Notes under the pieces: model-generated
Seen by the model: the letters and a program-made list of their open reading frames with translations, nothing else
Databases searched by the model: none
What the model was told of the DNA's origin: nothing
Shown: positions 25,181-37,075 of the stretch, piece by piece
Numbering within the stretch: the stretch's first letter is position 1
Layout: each line of letters begins with the position of its first letter
Program-made: the position numbers and the translations under genes
Assembly (NCBI GenBank): GCA_951406725.2
Contig: OX597827.1
Coordinates: 78,616,001 to 78,680,000 of the forward strand
DNA from: Octopus vulgaris
Taxonomy: Eukaryota
DNA length: 64,000 nt
Reading direction: 5' to 3'

Positions 25181-26838
25181 AGGGCCAGATTAAGACCCAT
25201 AAAGATCCTGGGTGCTTAAAAGATTCTGGTGGGCCCATATATACAGGATGGGTAAGATATTTGAGGACAGATTTATGTTTATAAGAAAACTGTATAATAA
25301 AGAATATTTATCAAAAAATTCTGAGGGTAAAAATAAACCTTCTTTTCTATGTTATTCAATAAAGCCACCTTCAGCTTCAACAACTGCTTCTAAATCACCT
25401 ACATATTCGATTCAAGTGGTCCTGGTTCCTTTTGGACATTACTCTGACTATGGCAGCTTTCATAGAATCTTTGGTGTTATGGGTGTATTCATTGACCTCT
25501 CTCTCTCAACAACACTCCACATGTAATAGTCCAATGGACTGAGATCTGGGGAATTAAGAGGCCAAATGTTAGGGGTTACGTGATCATGAACATTTTCAGC
25601 CATCCATTCTGTTACTAGAGCCATGTCTGATAGTGCAGAGTCTTACTGAAACACAGGTAGCTTTCCATTGTATACACTGTATATCCAGGGTTTAACAATT
25701 ATTTCCAAGACCTCAATGTAGGTGGCAGAGTTAACTCTAAGGCCTTGTAGAAAAAAGTAAGGAGGCATCATATGTCCTTCATTGCTGACAGCCCCTAAAA
25801 CCATGACAGTTGCAGGAAATTCTGTATGCATAACACTTGGAACTTCAGAAGGATCTGCACATAAGCATCTGCCATTTCTTCTGCAAACTTTTTGAAGCTG
25901 GTTGAAGTTTTTCTCATTTGAGAAAAACCAAATTAAATCTTTTTCTGCTGGATTTTTCAGTTTATTTAAGAGTCTTTTAGGTCTGATGTAATGATTTTCT
26001 TTTGCTTTTTCTGACCAATTGACCTTTCCTCATCTTATAAGACTTATATCTGATGTCTTTGTGGACAACATTTCTGACTGTTCCTTCTGACACATGGAGA
26101 TCTTTTGCAATTGACCTCATAGACTTTCTGGGATTCTAATCAATGGTCTGTTAAACTTTCTGGATAAATTCAGGTGTTCTGATGATTTCAGAGCATTTAG
26201 AATGCTTTTTATGCTTTGATACTGGTGATACATTTCCATCTTCAGTCTCTAGCTTCTTACAAACTTTGTAGACAAAAGACCTGGCAACTTTTAAAAATCG
26301 AGATATTTCTAAATTGCTATGCTCAGCCTTTATAACCACAATAACCGTATGCCTCTTCATTTCTTGAGAAAGCTGAGTGTCTGCCATTATTATTTTCTGA
26401 AATAAAGATTCAACAGAGTTAGCAAAAAATGCATCAATGACCCCAAAAAAGCTGTCCTCAAATACCTTACGCACCCTGTATGTAATTCAAAATATCAACT
26501 GCAATAAACCATAAAACAGTGTTCATTTTTGTAAACTTTAACTTTATTTATCTGATCAGATCCTCAAAATAAATTTTGTGCCTCACATCTCTACTAAGGC
26601 ATCCAGCTTGCCTTGTTGAGGAGTTGATCTGATGGGATTTTTAATAAACTTCAACTGAGCAATTTGTGACCACCAATGTTCAAAATATATGAAAAGCAAT
26701 GTCCACATTTGGGAAGACACACTTAATAAGGTTTATTTTAATGAGGTTAAAATGATTTCTTTTGTGCCATAAACTATTTACCATTTCCGTGATGTCCTAA
26801 GCACATGCTTATATTGCTTAATGGTCAACCCAGCACTG
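25181..26838. mobile_element. hAT-like non-autonomous element hosting the maT insertion
   Basis: Ends AGGGCCAGATTAAG... and ...TTAATGGTCAACCCAGCACTG resemble degenerate CAGGGCCGG-type TIRs; the maT element sits inside at a TA. Confidence 0.45.
25244..26478 (-). mobile_element. Tc1/mariner maT (DD37D)-like transposon, full length, transposase disrupted
   Basis: TIRs CAGGATGGGTAAGATATTTGAGGACAG / CAGGGTGCGTAAGGTATTTGAGGACAG with TA on both sides. ORF pieces: HTH region (26151-26474) and PATVMVLGAVSNEGHMMPPYFF (25643-25831); WPLNSPDLSPLDYYMW at ~25520-25565. Confidence 0.9.
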
Positions 26839-26849
26839 ATGCAAGCTAT

Positions 26850-28420
26850 GGACACATATAAGGTGCAATAGAAACCACAGGAAGATTAACAGAGCAAGGA
26901 ATCTTCCTCAAATGTCCAAGGGGATCCTTAGAATAGATAGCTTCTGTTATCTAGGCAACCAAATTAGCAATGGAGGATTTTGTTCCTTCTCAAGCCATGC
27001 CTGGTTCATAAGGGCCATTTTCCCGGTTTCCTTGGTGTATAGGTTCCCCACCTGGACGGAACGCCGGTCCGTCGCAGGTGAGCTGCAAGATGCAGAAGGA
27101 AAGAGTGAGAGAAAGTTGTGGCGAAAGAGTCAGCAGAAGTTTCGCCATTACCTTCTGCCGGAGTCACGTGGAGCTTAGGTGTTTCTCTCATAAACACACA
27201 CATCACCCGGTCTGAGATTCGAACCCGCGATCCCTCGACTGCGAGTCCGCTGCTCTAACCACTAGGCCATGTAACTCCACTAGCAATGGAGGATGTTGAT
27301 CTGAAAGCGTAGCTGCTAGGCTGGGCAAAGTTTAGGAAGCTATTACCTTTGATGGTAAGAGAAGGCCTCTCTCCCTCAGATTCAAAGGCAGATTGCATGA
27401 TGCCTGCGTGTGAACAGCTATACCACATGGTAGTGAAACTTGGGCTGTGACTGCAGAGGGCGTGTGAAGACTTGAAAGAATGGCACCAAAATGTGTTGAG
27501 AGAAAAACTGAAAAAAGCAGAGGCATCAGATGTGGTGTGCAAGAGGGAAGACTATGCTGCTATGATCATGTGATGCAGATGGATGAAGAGAGCTGCAAAA
27601 GAAGAGCCAATCACTACATGTGGAAGAGGTGGCCCCAGGAAGATAGATGAAGTGGTGAGAAATGATCTTCAGATGTTGAACTTCAGAAAGGAGACGAGTA
27701 ACCAAGACAACTGATAATTTGATGTGCTTGTAAAGACACGTCAAAATAAGGAACATCGAGGCCATACAGGCTACACTCTCCACCCCAGCCTTCAGACACA
27801 CGCACACAATGTCCCCTATCAAAAATCCCCTACAACCCATCTTCTCCACCTGCTGCGTGTCCCTCAACTCTCCCTCATGTGCCTATTTGCACACACCCTC
27901 CATGCCCTCACATATCTACTATAGATACCACCCACCACTACAATTTCTCCCACCAACACATCCTGGTCACCTCTTCCCTATCTCCCTCCACACTCTTATG
28001 GAACATACTCCTGTGTTCCTTCTCTGCCACATACACTCACCCCCACTCTACCTCGTAGGTATGTCCCAAGACATTTCTTCCACCACATATTTCTCTCTCT
28101 CTTTCCTACAAGGGTAACCAAGTATCACCCCTAGAGTAAGACACCTCTTTTATACTTTAATCTTTCAACCAGCACAAAGTTGCCTCAAGACCAGCCCCTC
28201 TCCTAATCAAGAGATCTTTGTCTTGCAAGTCACTTGGTCACCCTGTTGGTGCTGGTGCTACATAAAAAAGCACCCAGTCCACACTCTGTAAATTGACCAG
28301 CATTAAAAAGCATATTCAAGCATGGGAACCATGCCAAAGAAGACATCGGAACCTGGTGCAGTCCTCTGGCTTGCCAGCTCCTGTCGAATCATTCAACCCA
28401 TGGAAAACATGTTAAGTGGA
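26850..28420 (+). mobile_element. Degraded RTE LINE 3' portion interrupted by a tRNA-SINE
   Basis: IDSFCYLGNQISNGG followed by homology to 18570-19016. TAGCAATGGAGGAT is repeated on both sides of the inserted SINE. Confidence 0.75.
26980..27272 (-). mobile_element. tRNA-derived SINE family D (related copy ~19720-19982 -)
   Basis: Minus strand TGGCCTAGTGGTTAGAGCAGCGGACTCGCAGTCGAGGGATCGCGGGTTCGAATCTC: A and B boxes followed by a non-tRNA body. Confidence 0.8.
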
Positions 28421-28905
28421 GAGGATGAACATTTTGCAGTGAAGAGAAATAAATCAATTCTGATGAACAAAGGCAAAGGAGACAACCGGGGAATCTAAAT
28501 TAATAAAGTTTAGATTAAAAATAGAATGAATATGGTCTTTAGTAATATGATGGTTTGTGTTGGTTTTGTTATATCCATCAGGAAGTGGGAGCCTGTAATC
28601 CTTTACGGTTAATATACCACCTCACATTATTCCAGCCTTACACAGATTTTGTTGTAATCTTAAAAAATAAAAACTATATCACAGAAATTGTTCCATGTAA
28701 ACTTGATTTCAGAACAGGATGTTGTTGCGAAAGGCAACCAGAATGTGGTTTTAGTCCAGAGTTGGGCCTAAAGAATGTCGTTATGATTTCAAATCTTTAT
28801 AAAAATGAACAAGATACTCTAAGATCACAAATTTCTGTAAAATACACCAATTTATTCCACTTTATAAACGTTTTGGGTTTTCTAAATGCCAAAACTGGCA
28901 ACTGA

Positions 28906-29514
28906 CTAGCTTTGTTGTGACTGAGATGATTTCGGAACTTTGATGACGAGGTGATGGGCTTTCGTGTGTTTCACCAACTGACTGTTATCGGGGAACAACA
29001 TGCCACACGGCTTGCAACTGAATGGATTATCCATCCTATGGGAATCCAAATGGGAACGAAGTGTTTCTTTCCGATTGAACTTCGTTTTACAGACATTACA
29101 TTCGTAAAACTGTTGATGTAGGTGAATGCTCCTATAATGACGCGTCAAAGCTCCAGCTTGATGAAACTTAAAACCACAGTCAGGGCACTCGTGGCTGGCC
29201 TCCCTCGTATGTACAGCCATATGAAGCTTCATATTCGACTCCACCTTGAAGGCTCTCTTACAAATCTCACAAGCATATGGACGGGCAGACGAATGGGTCG
29301 CTTCGTGCTTTTTCAGGTGATGCGTTTGATAGAAACGTTTTGCACAATGACTACACTTCAACTTTCGAAGGAACAAGTGCGCCGGTTTATGGGTCCTCGC
29401 ATGGGCCCTAGATGAAAACACCTTCTCACACACATCACAATAAAAACCATTTTCGATTATTTTCTTCTTAACTGTTACTGGTTCCTCATTTCCAGTTGCT
29501 GTGGAGGCCTGCAT
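28906..29514 (-). CDS. C2H2 zinc-finger protein ZNF-B (202 aa, 6 fingers)
   Basis: Six C2H2 motifs, finger 4 of HX4H type (HECPDCGFKF...HYRSIH). Acceptor TTGGCTTTCAG| 30 nt upstream of the ATG (exon from 29544). Confidence 0.92.
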   Translation of the reverse strand: MQASTATGNEEPVTVKKKIIENGFYCDVCEKVFSSRAHARTHKPAHLFLRKLKCSHCAKRFYQTHHLKKHEATHSSARPYACEICKRAFKVESNMKLHMAVHTREASHECPDCGFKFHQAGALTRHYRSIHLHQQFYECNVCKTKFNRKETLRSHLDSHRMDNPFSCKPCGMLFPDNSQLVKHTKAHHLVIKVPKSSQSQQS

Positions 29515-29865
29515 CCCTATTTGAAAATTTCTCTTCTGCTGCAGCTGAAAGCCAACGGAAATATTTCATTAAACAAGAGAACAGCAATGGTGGTCAACCG
29601 GCAGAAATTAGAGAATGTCAAACAAAATGCTTTGTGGTCTTTATTTTATGTTCTGAGTTCAAACCCCACTAACATCAACTTCACTTTCATCGTTTGAGGG
29701 TCAACTGGGGTCCATATAAAAATCTGGTGGGTTAACCCTCAAAAAATAGCAAATTGGGGTCCCACTGTAATATTTTAAGAGCTGATGAAAAAAAAGTTTG
29801 CTTTCATAGAAAATATCCTAAGTTCTCAGAGAAAGAAAATAAATTTTCAAAGTACAAATAAAACA

Positions 29866-30286
29866 GACATAGGAGTGGCTGTGTGGTAAGTAGCTTGCTT
29901 ACCAACCACATGGTTCCAGGTTCAGTCCCACTGCATGGCATCTTGGGCAAGTGTCTTCTACTATAGCCTCGGGCTGACCAAAGCCTTGTGGGTGGATTTG
30001 GTAGACGGAAACTGAAAGAAGCCCGTCGTGTATATGTATATATATATATATGCACGTGTGTGTATATGCTTGTGTGTCTGTGTTTGCCCTCCAACATCGC
30101 TTGACAACTGATGCTGGTATGTCTACGTCCCCGTAACTTAGCGGTTCGGCAAAAGAGACCGATAGAATAAGTACTAGGCTTACAAAGGATAAGTCCTGCT
30201 GTCGATTTGATCGACTAAAGGCGGTGCTCCAGCATGGCCGCAGTCAAATGACTGAAACAAGTAAAAGATTAACAAGAGTAAAGAGT
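29866..30286 (+). mobile_element. SINE family A (full length)
   Basis: Near-identical to 8964-9370. Confidence 0.9.
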
Positions 30287-30434
30287 CAACAAAAGCAGCT
30301 TCAAAAATTCTTCCATGAATTATGAGAAATCAAAAACAACAACAACAACAACCAGAATCAGTGATGATGAAGTGAAAATAAACGTATATATGGTTACACA
30401 CACACACACACAAGAATATGGCTTCAAATTATTT

Positions 30435-31448
30435 TCGTGATGCGAATGCAGACAGCTGAATAAAGAAGTGCCAGTCACTGAGAGTAGATGGTTCCTGTGG
30501 AAGAGGGAGACCCAGGAAGATATAGGATGAAGTGATGAGAACCAATCTCAGGATGTTGGGGTTCACAGAGGAAATGACAATGGACCATGATGTCTGGTGA
30601 TATGAGGTTCTAGAGAAGACCCACCCACATCAGTGAAACTGAGTGCTAGAAGTGTTGTGTGTTCCACCCACCCTCCCCCAACAAACTGCCCCTCTTACTC
30701 ACATTTCCACTTCATACATTATGATCATCTTCCTCATTACCCTGTTCATTGTATCATTGATTTCCCCACCCTGTCTATATACCCAGATTCTCACGAGTCG
30801 CAGCATTCTCCACCCCCTACTTGCACTTTCTCGGCAATACCCTGCCACATACCTTGCAGCTATACCCAGGCACTTTGCAGCCATCTCTCCCCTGCTCTCT
30901 CTCTTACTCTCCCTTGCACTTCCCTCTGGCTGGGTAGCCATGTATCTCCTTTACAGCAGCATACCTGTTTCTGCCCTCTCCCTCTCTCTCTGGCCGGGTA
31001 ACCCTGTACTTCCCCTACAGCAAGTCACCTGTTCCTGTTTCCCTGCCACACTCTAACCTTTCAACATCTGACACAAGATCACCTCCTCCAATGCCCCCCC
31101 CCCCCCTCTCAAAAAATCCTTGTCTTGCAAAGTTACTTGGTGACCCTTACCAGTGCTGATGCCACTATGAAACGCACCCAGTCCACACTGTGAAGTGGTT
31201 GGCATCTGGAAGGGCAGCCAGCTGTAAGAACCATGCCAAAACTGGACCTCACCTGTGCTGGTGCTGCATAAAGAGCACTCAGTCCACTCTATGGAGTGGT
31301 TGGGGTTAGGAAGGGCACCCAGTCGTAAAAACAGTGCCAAAACAGACACAAAAGGTCTGAGATAGCCTTCTGCTTAGTTGGCTCCTGTCAAAGCATCCAA
31401 CCCATGCCAGCATGGAAGGAGGGCATTAAATTATGATGATGATGATGA
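30435..31448 (+). mobile_element. Degraded RTE LINE 3' end
   Basis: CCTGTGGAAGAGGGAGACCCAGGAAGA (CGRGRPRK) followed by the RTE-type 3'UTR and (GAT)n tail. Confidence 0.7.
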
Positions 31449-31794
31449 CTTTGGCTAGCATTGAGGGTGAGTAGGGGTCAAATAGGAACCAAAAGAGTCC
31501 ATTGGTAAATAAAGGTTGACAACAACTCGACTAACCCTTGTCTTCCAAATTACTGGAATTCTACCAAGATCCAAACCAATTCCAAGAGTTTTTCAAGATG
31601 TGAACAAATCCTGGAACCAGGAACATAAATCAACGCTGGTTGTTGTTTCGTCAAATGTGACACTTGATTTAACAGGCCAACCATGGCTATCCTGTCTGCT
31701 TAATCAACATAATCCACGAGCCTTCTTTACTAAGACAATAAAGACTCAACGAAGATATACATACAAATACACTCTACTATCAGGAGCATTCATC

Positions 31795-32060
31795 GCCGCC
31801 CAGCCTCGCCTGGCCCCCGTGCCAGTAGCACGTAAAAGCACCATCCGTTCATGGCCGTTTGCCAGCTCTGTCTGGCACCTGTGCAGGTGGCACGTAAAAA
31901 GCACCCACTACACTCACGGAGTGGTTGGCGTTAGGAAGGGCATCCAGCCGTAGAAACACTGCCAAATCTGACTGGGCCTGATGCAGCCTTCCGGCTTCAC
32001 AAACCCCAGTTAAACCGTCCAACCCATGCTAGCATGGAAAACGGACGCTAAATGATGATG
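31795..32060 (+). mobile_element. RTE 3'-tail repeat (family B)
   Basis: Same motifs and (GAT)n tail. Confidence 0.85.
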
Positions 32061-32130
32061 AACTTACTGGAAGCAGTAGACTTTCCAAATCAAAATTCAC
32101 TAAAATTTATTTAGTAAATTTGAGGACTGA

Positions 32131-32517
32131 CTCTTTTACTCTTTTACTTGTTTCAGTCATTTGACTGCGGCCAAGCTGGAGCACCGCCTTTAGTCGAGCA
32201 AATCGACCCCGGGACTTATTCTTTGTAAGCCCAGTACTTATTCTATCGGCCTCTTTTGCCGAACCGCTAGGTGACGGGGATGTAAACACACTAGCATCGG
32301 TTGTCAAGCAATGCTAGGCGGACAAACACAGACACACACACATATATATATACATACATACGACAGGCTTCTTTCAGTTTCCGTCTACCAAATCCCCTCA
32401 CAAGGCATTGGTCGGCCCGGGGCTATAACAGAAGACACTTGCCAAGATGCCACGCAGTGGGACTGAACCCGGAACCATGTGGTTGGTTAGCAAGCTACTT
32501 ACCACACAGCCACTCCT
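32131..32517 (-). mobile_element. SINE family A (full length)
   Basis: Reverse complement of family A; short CTGAC/GACT duplication at the ends. Confidence 0.9.
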
Positions 32518-32754
32518 GACTGTATAATCAACTGTTTTCATTGAGGGAAATTTATAAAACGTTTCACCAAAAACGAAATGTTTTAGAATGACAGAAGTTA
32601 CGTTCTTTGACGCTTTTTACTTTGAAGTAAATTATGAAAACAAATTTTAAAAACTGATACAGAAACACAAATTTAAGTTTGTGTATATTCGCTACTACAA
32701 CAATATAATAATAAGTATAGATTCTAAGGTGTTCATTTGGTTTAATATCAATGA

Positions 32755-33036
32755 AGGTGAGGAGGAGAGCCCCTTCGGTCATGAATGACCATGGGATTGC
32801 ACCTGGAAAGTTACCCTCCCAGGCACAAGTCTCCCTTCTCCACACCACCGATGTTATCCAAGGGAAAGGCAAAGGCCATGATACAGCTTGGCACCAGTGA
32901 TGTCGCTGAGTGAACTGGAGCAATGTGAAATAAAGTGTCTTGCTCAAGAACACAACACGCAGCTCGATCCGGGAATCGAACTCACAACCTAACGATCGTG
33001 AGCTCGACGCTCTAACCACTGAGCCATGCGCCTTCA
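32755..33036 (-). mobile_element. tRNA-derived CORE-like SINE (relatives at 10617-10915 +, 1868-2180 +, ~7370-7490 +)
   Basis: Minus strand GGCGCATGGCTCAGTGGTTAGAGCG...GAGTTCGATTCCCGG, then GTGTTCTTGAGCAAGACACTTTATTTCAC. Confidence 0.8.
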
Positions 33037-33558
33037 CAGAATATCTTGTTCTGAAGATATAGAATTCATTTATACATGTGTGCTAAGGGCACTGTCATGC
33101 CTTTAGTTGTCAGAAGTGAAAGTAGTCAACTTCGTGTATTTCCGTCAGGTTTATACCTTCGTTAATTTACGCCATTTATTTACGTACCACCACGCTGTTA
33201 GGTTTATAAAACAATTGAAGTTCAGTTTAAAGTTTATAAATAAATACATTTCATTCCATGTTCTGTTTAAACTTTATAAATAAATATATTCTTGCATTAT
33301 TCATTATTGTTTTTAAAAAAGAAATCACACCAAATCTGCACAAATGACCACCACCAGCGCGATCACATACACCAATCATACACACGTGTGTGTGTGTGTG
33401 TGTGTATATGTGGCTATATGTCTGACTAATGTGTGTGTGTCTGTATTGTATGTGTGTGTAAGTAGTTATATGCTTATATTATCCATTATAGTAATATTTG
33501 TCTGTTGAAATCCGTTTTAAGGCGGTCAATAGTTTAATTAAAGATGTGTCTATACATG

Positions 33559-33593
<35 letters not shown>

Positions 33594-33596
33594 GTG

Positions 33597-33636
<40 letters not shown>

Positions 33637-34357
33637 CATGTGTATACATTACACATGAAATGTATTTATTTATAAACTTTAAACTGAACTTCAATTGTTT
33701 TATAAACGTGCTAAGTAAATTCTTGGTTGATAATTTACTTCCCAGCGGAGGCCGAGTGTTTCCCGGGGGTCAGGTGTTTCTCACCCGACCTCTGACTACT
33801 CCCCTAAAAGTTGATGCAACGACAAAGAAAACCCCACACCGTCATCACCTTAATTTTTCTTCTTTAACATTCATCCACCGCCCTTTAATCATCAGTTTCT
33901 GGACCCCAGTATCAATCAGATTAAAGATGATTAATGAATAATGGCTCACATCTTCGTGTGTAATTATACTTTACAAGGTCTCAAATCAAACAAACACTTC
34001 ACCCATCAGAGTTCAAGTCCCAGATCGGAACCACTGTCCCATAAAAGATCTAAATGTTTCACAGCGACAACATTATGACTTCGTTTCGGTAACATTTTAC
34101 TTGTAACGTTGGAACGAAATTTCTAAAACTCGGAACGTAACTTCTGTAATTCTAATACATTTCGTTTTTGTTTTTTGGTGAAACGTTTTATAAATTTCCA
34201 TCAATCCCAATGAAAACAGTTGATTATATACAGTCAGTCCCCAAATTTACTAAATAAACAGCTATAAAAAACACCTACATTATCATAACAATAAATTAAA
34301 ACATAGCAATAAGAGCAAATAACACCAAAGAGGTCAACCAATTTCGACTTCGCTTAC

Positions 34358-34520
34358 CTTTATGAATTGTTTTTAATTTTGTGATTCGAGAGAAAAGTTG
34401 AGCACCACCACACCACGTTCAATATTACTCGAGAAATAGCTCTACATTACGACAGCAAAACTAAGTAAGACTCCTGCAAGGGTCAGAGCACACCATTTCA
34501 CTGTGATGGCTATTCAGAAA
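34358..34520 (-). promoter_or_regulatory. Candidate non-coding first exon/promoter of ZNF-B
   Basis: Strong donor AAG|GTAAGC (exon end 34358) in a locally CpG-enriched stretch with no recognisable TE. A second donor GAAG|GTAAGA lies at ~35323. Confidence 0.45.
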
Positions 34521-35884
34521 TAATTGATAGATGTGATTGGGGGATCTAATTAAAATCATTTAAAACTACTCACCATGAAACTAGCGAAGGATATCGAAAA
34601 CACTAGCTCAGACAGATTAGGGGACAGAAAGATAACAATTTTAATTTTTTAGGAAGTAATACACACACGCAAAAATAATTGTTTCTATAAATGTAAAGGA
34701 ACACGTGTTGTAAATATCAGCTGTTTAAGCAAGCGAGTCCTGATGGAGCAGATCTACAATCAAAAGCGGTCCAGTCTTGACCACCCTGTCATTTCAGAAA
34801 TATGCCGAGGACTACATTATCTTTAAAGTGGTAAGTGTGATGTGAAGTGGATTTAGCTGCTATTTTGAGTAAATTGGGTGACCAGGGGACAGACCCTCGT
34901 CGGGGAAGAATTTAACCAGCTAAACTACAACTATGCTGTATTCAGCATAGAAGTATTCGGATCCTTCGAAGTAGCCAATGGTTTCTATAACCAAGGTGGG
35001 TGCTCTGAGAGCATTGTATCCAGGGTATGAACAGGGTGGAATAAGTTCAGGAATCTACTACCTCGATCAGGGCTGGCCTTAGGAAGTGCGGGGCCCCAAT
35101 ATTGCTGTATTCATTTCACTTGTTAATAAATTTAGTAAATTTAGAAGAGACAGGTTTTAATAAAAGCAAGCTGAGGATATTTTCAAGCCAAAAATATTTC
35201 GTAGTTGTACGGCAATAAAACTGGAAATGAATGGGAATAAATAAACAGAAATAAATTGGAAATTAAAGCACAGAAATATCGTAAACAAGTGTGTATAATG
35301 AACCAGGAAAGGATGGTCTTACCTTCAATTAAAAACAAAGCAATTCAATGGCTTTGAATTTATAATAAAAATGTAAAACGGAACAGCAAAGGTTGGAACA
35401 GAAATCGACGAATGAGGAAATATTTGTTTTGAGGAAGAAAAAATAGTTTTGAGGCGCGTAGATGAAATATATGGAAGACGCTAAGCGATTAAATGTACTC
35501 TCGATTACGGAAGACACAAAGCGAAGTAACTGATAAACAAACAAAATATTAGACGGTATTAAAAGCAGTGGATGATTTGTTGAATCGTTGGAGAATGGAC
35601 AAAATGTTTTGAAGCATTGTTCTGAGTTTCCGTCGAAGAATTGGGGAATAAAATAACAGTCAATACTATGACAAACAGTTCAGCAGCAGCAGCCGTTCAA
35701 GAATTTGGACCTGGAGACCTCCATTTCCAGTGACTTCACGGGCCACCTCCTAGTGGTGTCGGGCGTCAAAGAAGAGCCCTCGACAACAAGACGACCGAAG
35801 TTTTTTTTTCTTCCAAGGTCTGGGGTCTCCAGCCCCTAAGTCCTAGACCATCACCTAATCACCCTTACCCGGCTTGTTGCTTAA

Positions 35885-35996
35885 CAACAACAACAGCAGC
35901 AGTCCTACATACGTACAGAAACATATCTTCTTAGAATACACAACAACAACAGCAGCAGTCCTACATACGTACAGAAACATATCTTCTTAGAATACA
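35885..35996. repeat. Perfect 56-bp tandem duplication (2 copies)
   Basis: CAACAACAACAGCAGCAGTCCTACATACGTACAGAAACATATCTTCTTAGAATACA x2. Confidence 0.9.
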
Positions 35997-36499
35997 ATAA
36001 GAATTAATATAATTAAATAACAGAATTTATTGAGTGTGGAAGTCTGCTTTCACTCATGTGTCTTGATAAACATCATCATCGTCGTTTAACGTCCGTTTTC
36101 CATGATGGGTTGGATGGTTCGAAAGGAGCTGGCAAACCAGAGGACTGGCCCATTGTTTGTTTTGGCCTAGTTTCTACCGTTGGATGACCTCGTTAACACC
36201 AGCCCCCTTACAGAGTGAACTGTCACTATGCCATAAATAGGTTTCTCTTTCTTTCTTCTACAACAATGGTTCTCAACTAGAGTTCATAAAAGATTTGTGG
36301 GGGAGGGGTCAAACTATAACATTATGCTGTTTGGAAAAAATAAATGTCAAGTCAACTGAACAAGATGTTGTTGATCTTTGTTCAAGTAAGTCGATATTCT
36401 CAACTCCTATTTACTTCAACTGAAATACATTTAATGATATTGTAATCTGTTAGATATAATACACTGAACCTCAGCAGACAATGTGTGTGTGTGTGTATG

Positions 36500-37075
36500 T
36501 TACATAAAAAGTATCTGTACTGGTGCTATGTTAAAAGCACCGAGTACACTCTTTGGAGTGGTTAGCATTGGAAGGGCATCCAGCTGTAGAAACCAACCCA
36601 AAACAATGGAGCCTGGCACAGTCTTCTAAATTGCCAGCTCCTGTCAAATCGTCCAACCCATGCTAACATGGAAAATACTCATTAAATGGTGATAAAGATG
36701 TGTGTACATGTGGACCAGTGCCAGTGGCACATAAGAGAACCATCCGAATGTGGCCGTTGCTAGCGCCACCCCGACTGGCCTCCGTGTCGGTGGCACGTAA
36801 AAAGAACCATCCGATTGTGGCTGTTGCCAGCCTTGTCTGGCCCCCGTGCCGGTGGCATGTAAAAATCACCATCTGATCGTGGCCGTTTGCCAGACTCCCC
36901 TTGCACCTGTGCCGGTGGCACGTAAAAAGCACCCACTACACTCATGGAGTGGTTGGCGTTAGGAAGGGCATCCAGCTGTAGAAACACTGCCAGATCAGAC
37001 TGGGCCTGGCTTCCCAGACTCCGGTTGAACCGTCCAACCCATGCTAGCATGGAAAACGGACATTAAACGATGATG
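36500..37075 (+). mobile_element. Two tandem RTE 3'-tail repeats (family B); an inverted older copy lies at ~36070-36220
   Basis: Same motifs; the second copy has four internal GGTGGCACGTAAAAA units. Confidence 0.85.

Larger units (their letters stand above)
32070..35680 (+). repeat. Segmental duplication, copy 1 (upstream region of ZNF-B)
   Basis: Collinear blocks with 42230-46340: 32070/42230, 32627/42309, 33710/44490, 34720/45557, 35117/45807. Confidence 0.9.

Noticed and set aside
27200-27272. Functional tRNA genes (also 32965-33036, 24757-24830, 8964-9035)
   Set aside because: A and B boxes are present, but the acceptor stems do not close and each runs into a multi-copy SINE body.
33498-33941. 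147-aa ORF and its duplicate peptide (44513-44710) as a protein gene
   Set aside because: The N-terminal half is (TA)n-derived, the starts are not shared ATGs, and conservation extends past the stop, which favours a non-coding constraint.
33798-33982. 7SK, U3, telomerase RNA, H/ACA snoRNA or SECIS identity for the conserved core
   Set aside because: Only short chance matches (GATGTGAG, ATACTTT, CCCTAA); no GAUC motifs, full template, terminal ACA box or SECIS quartet.
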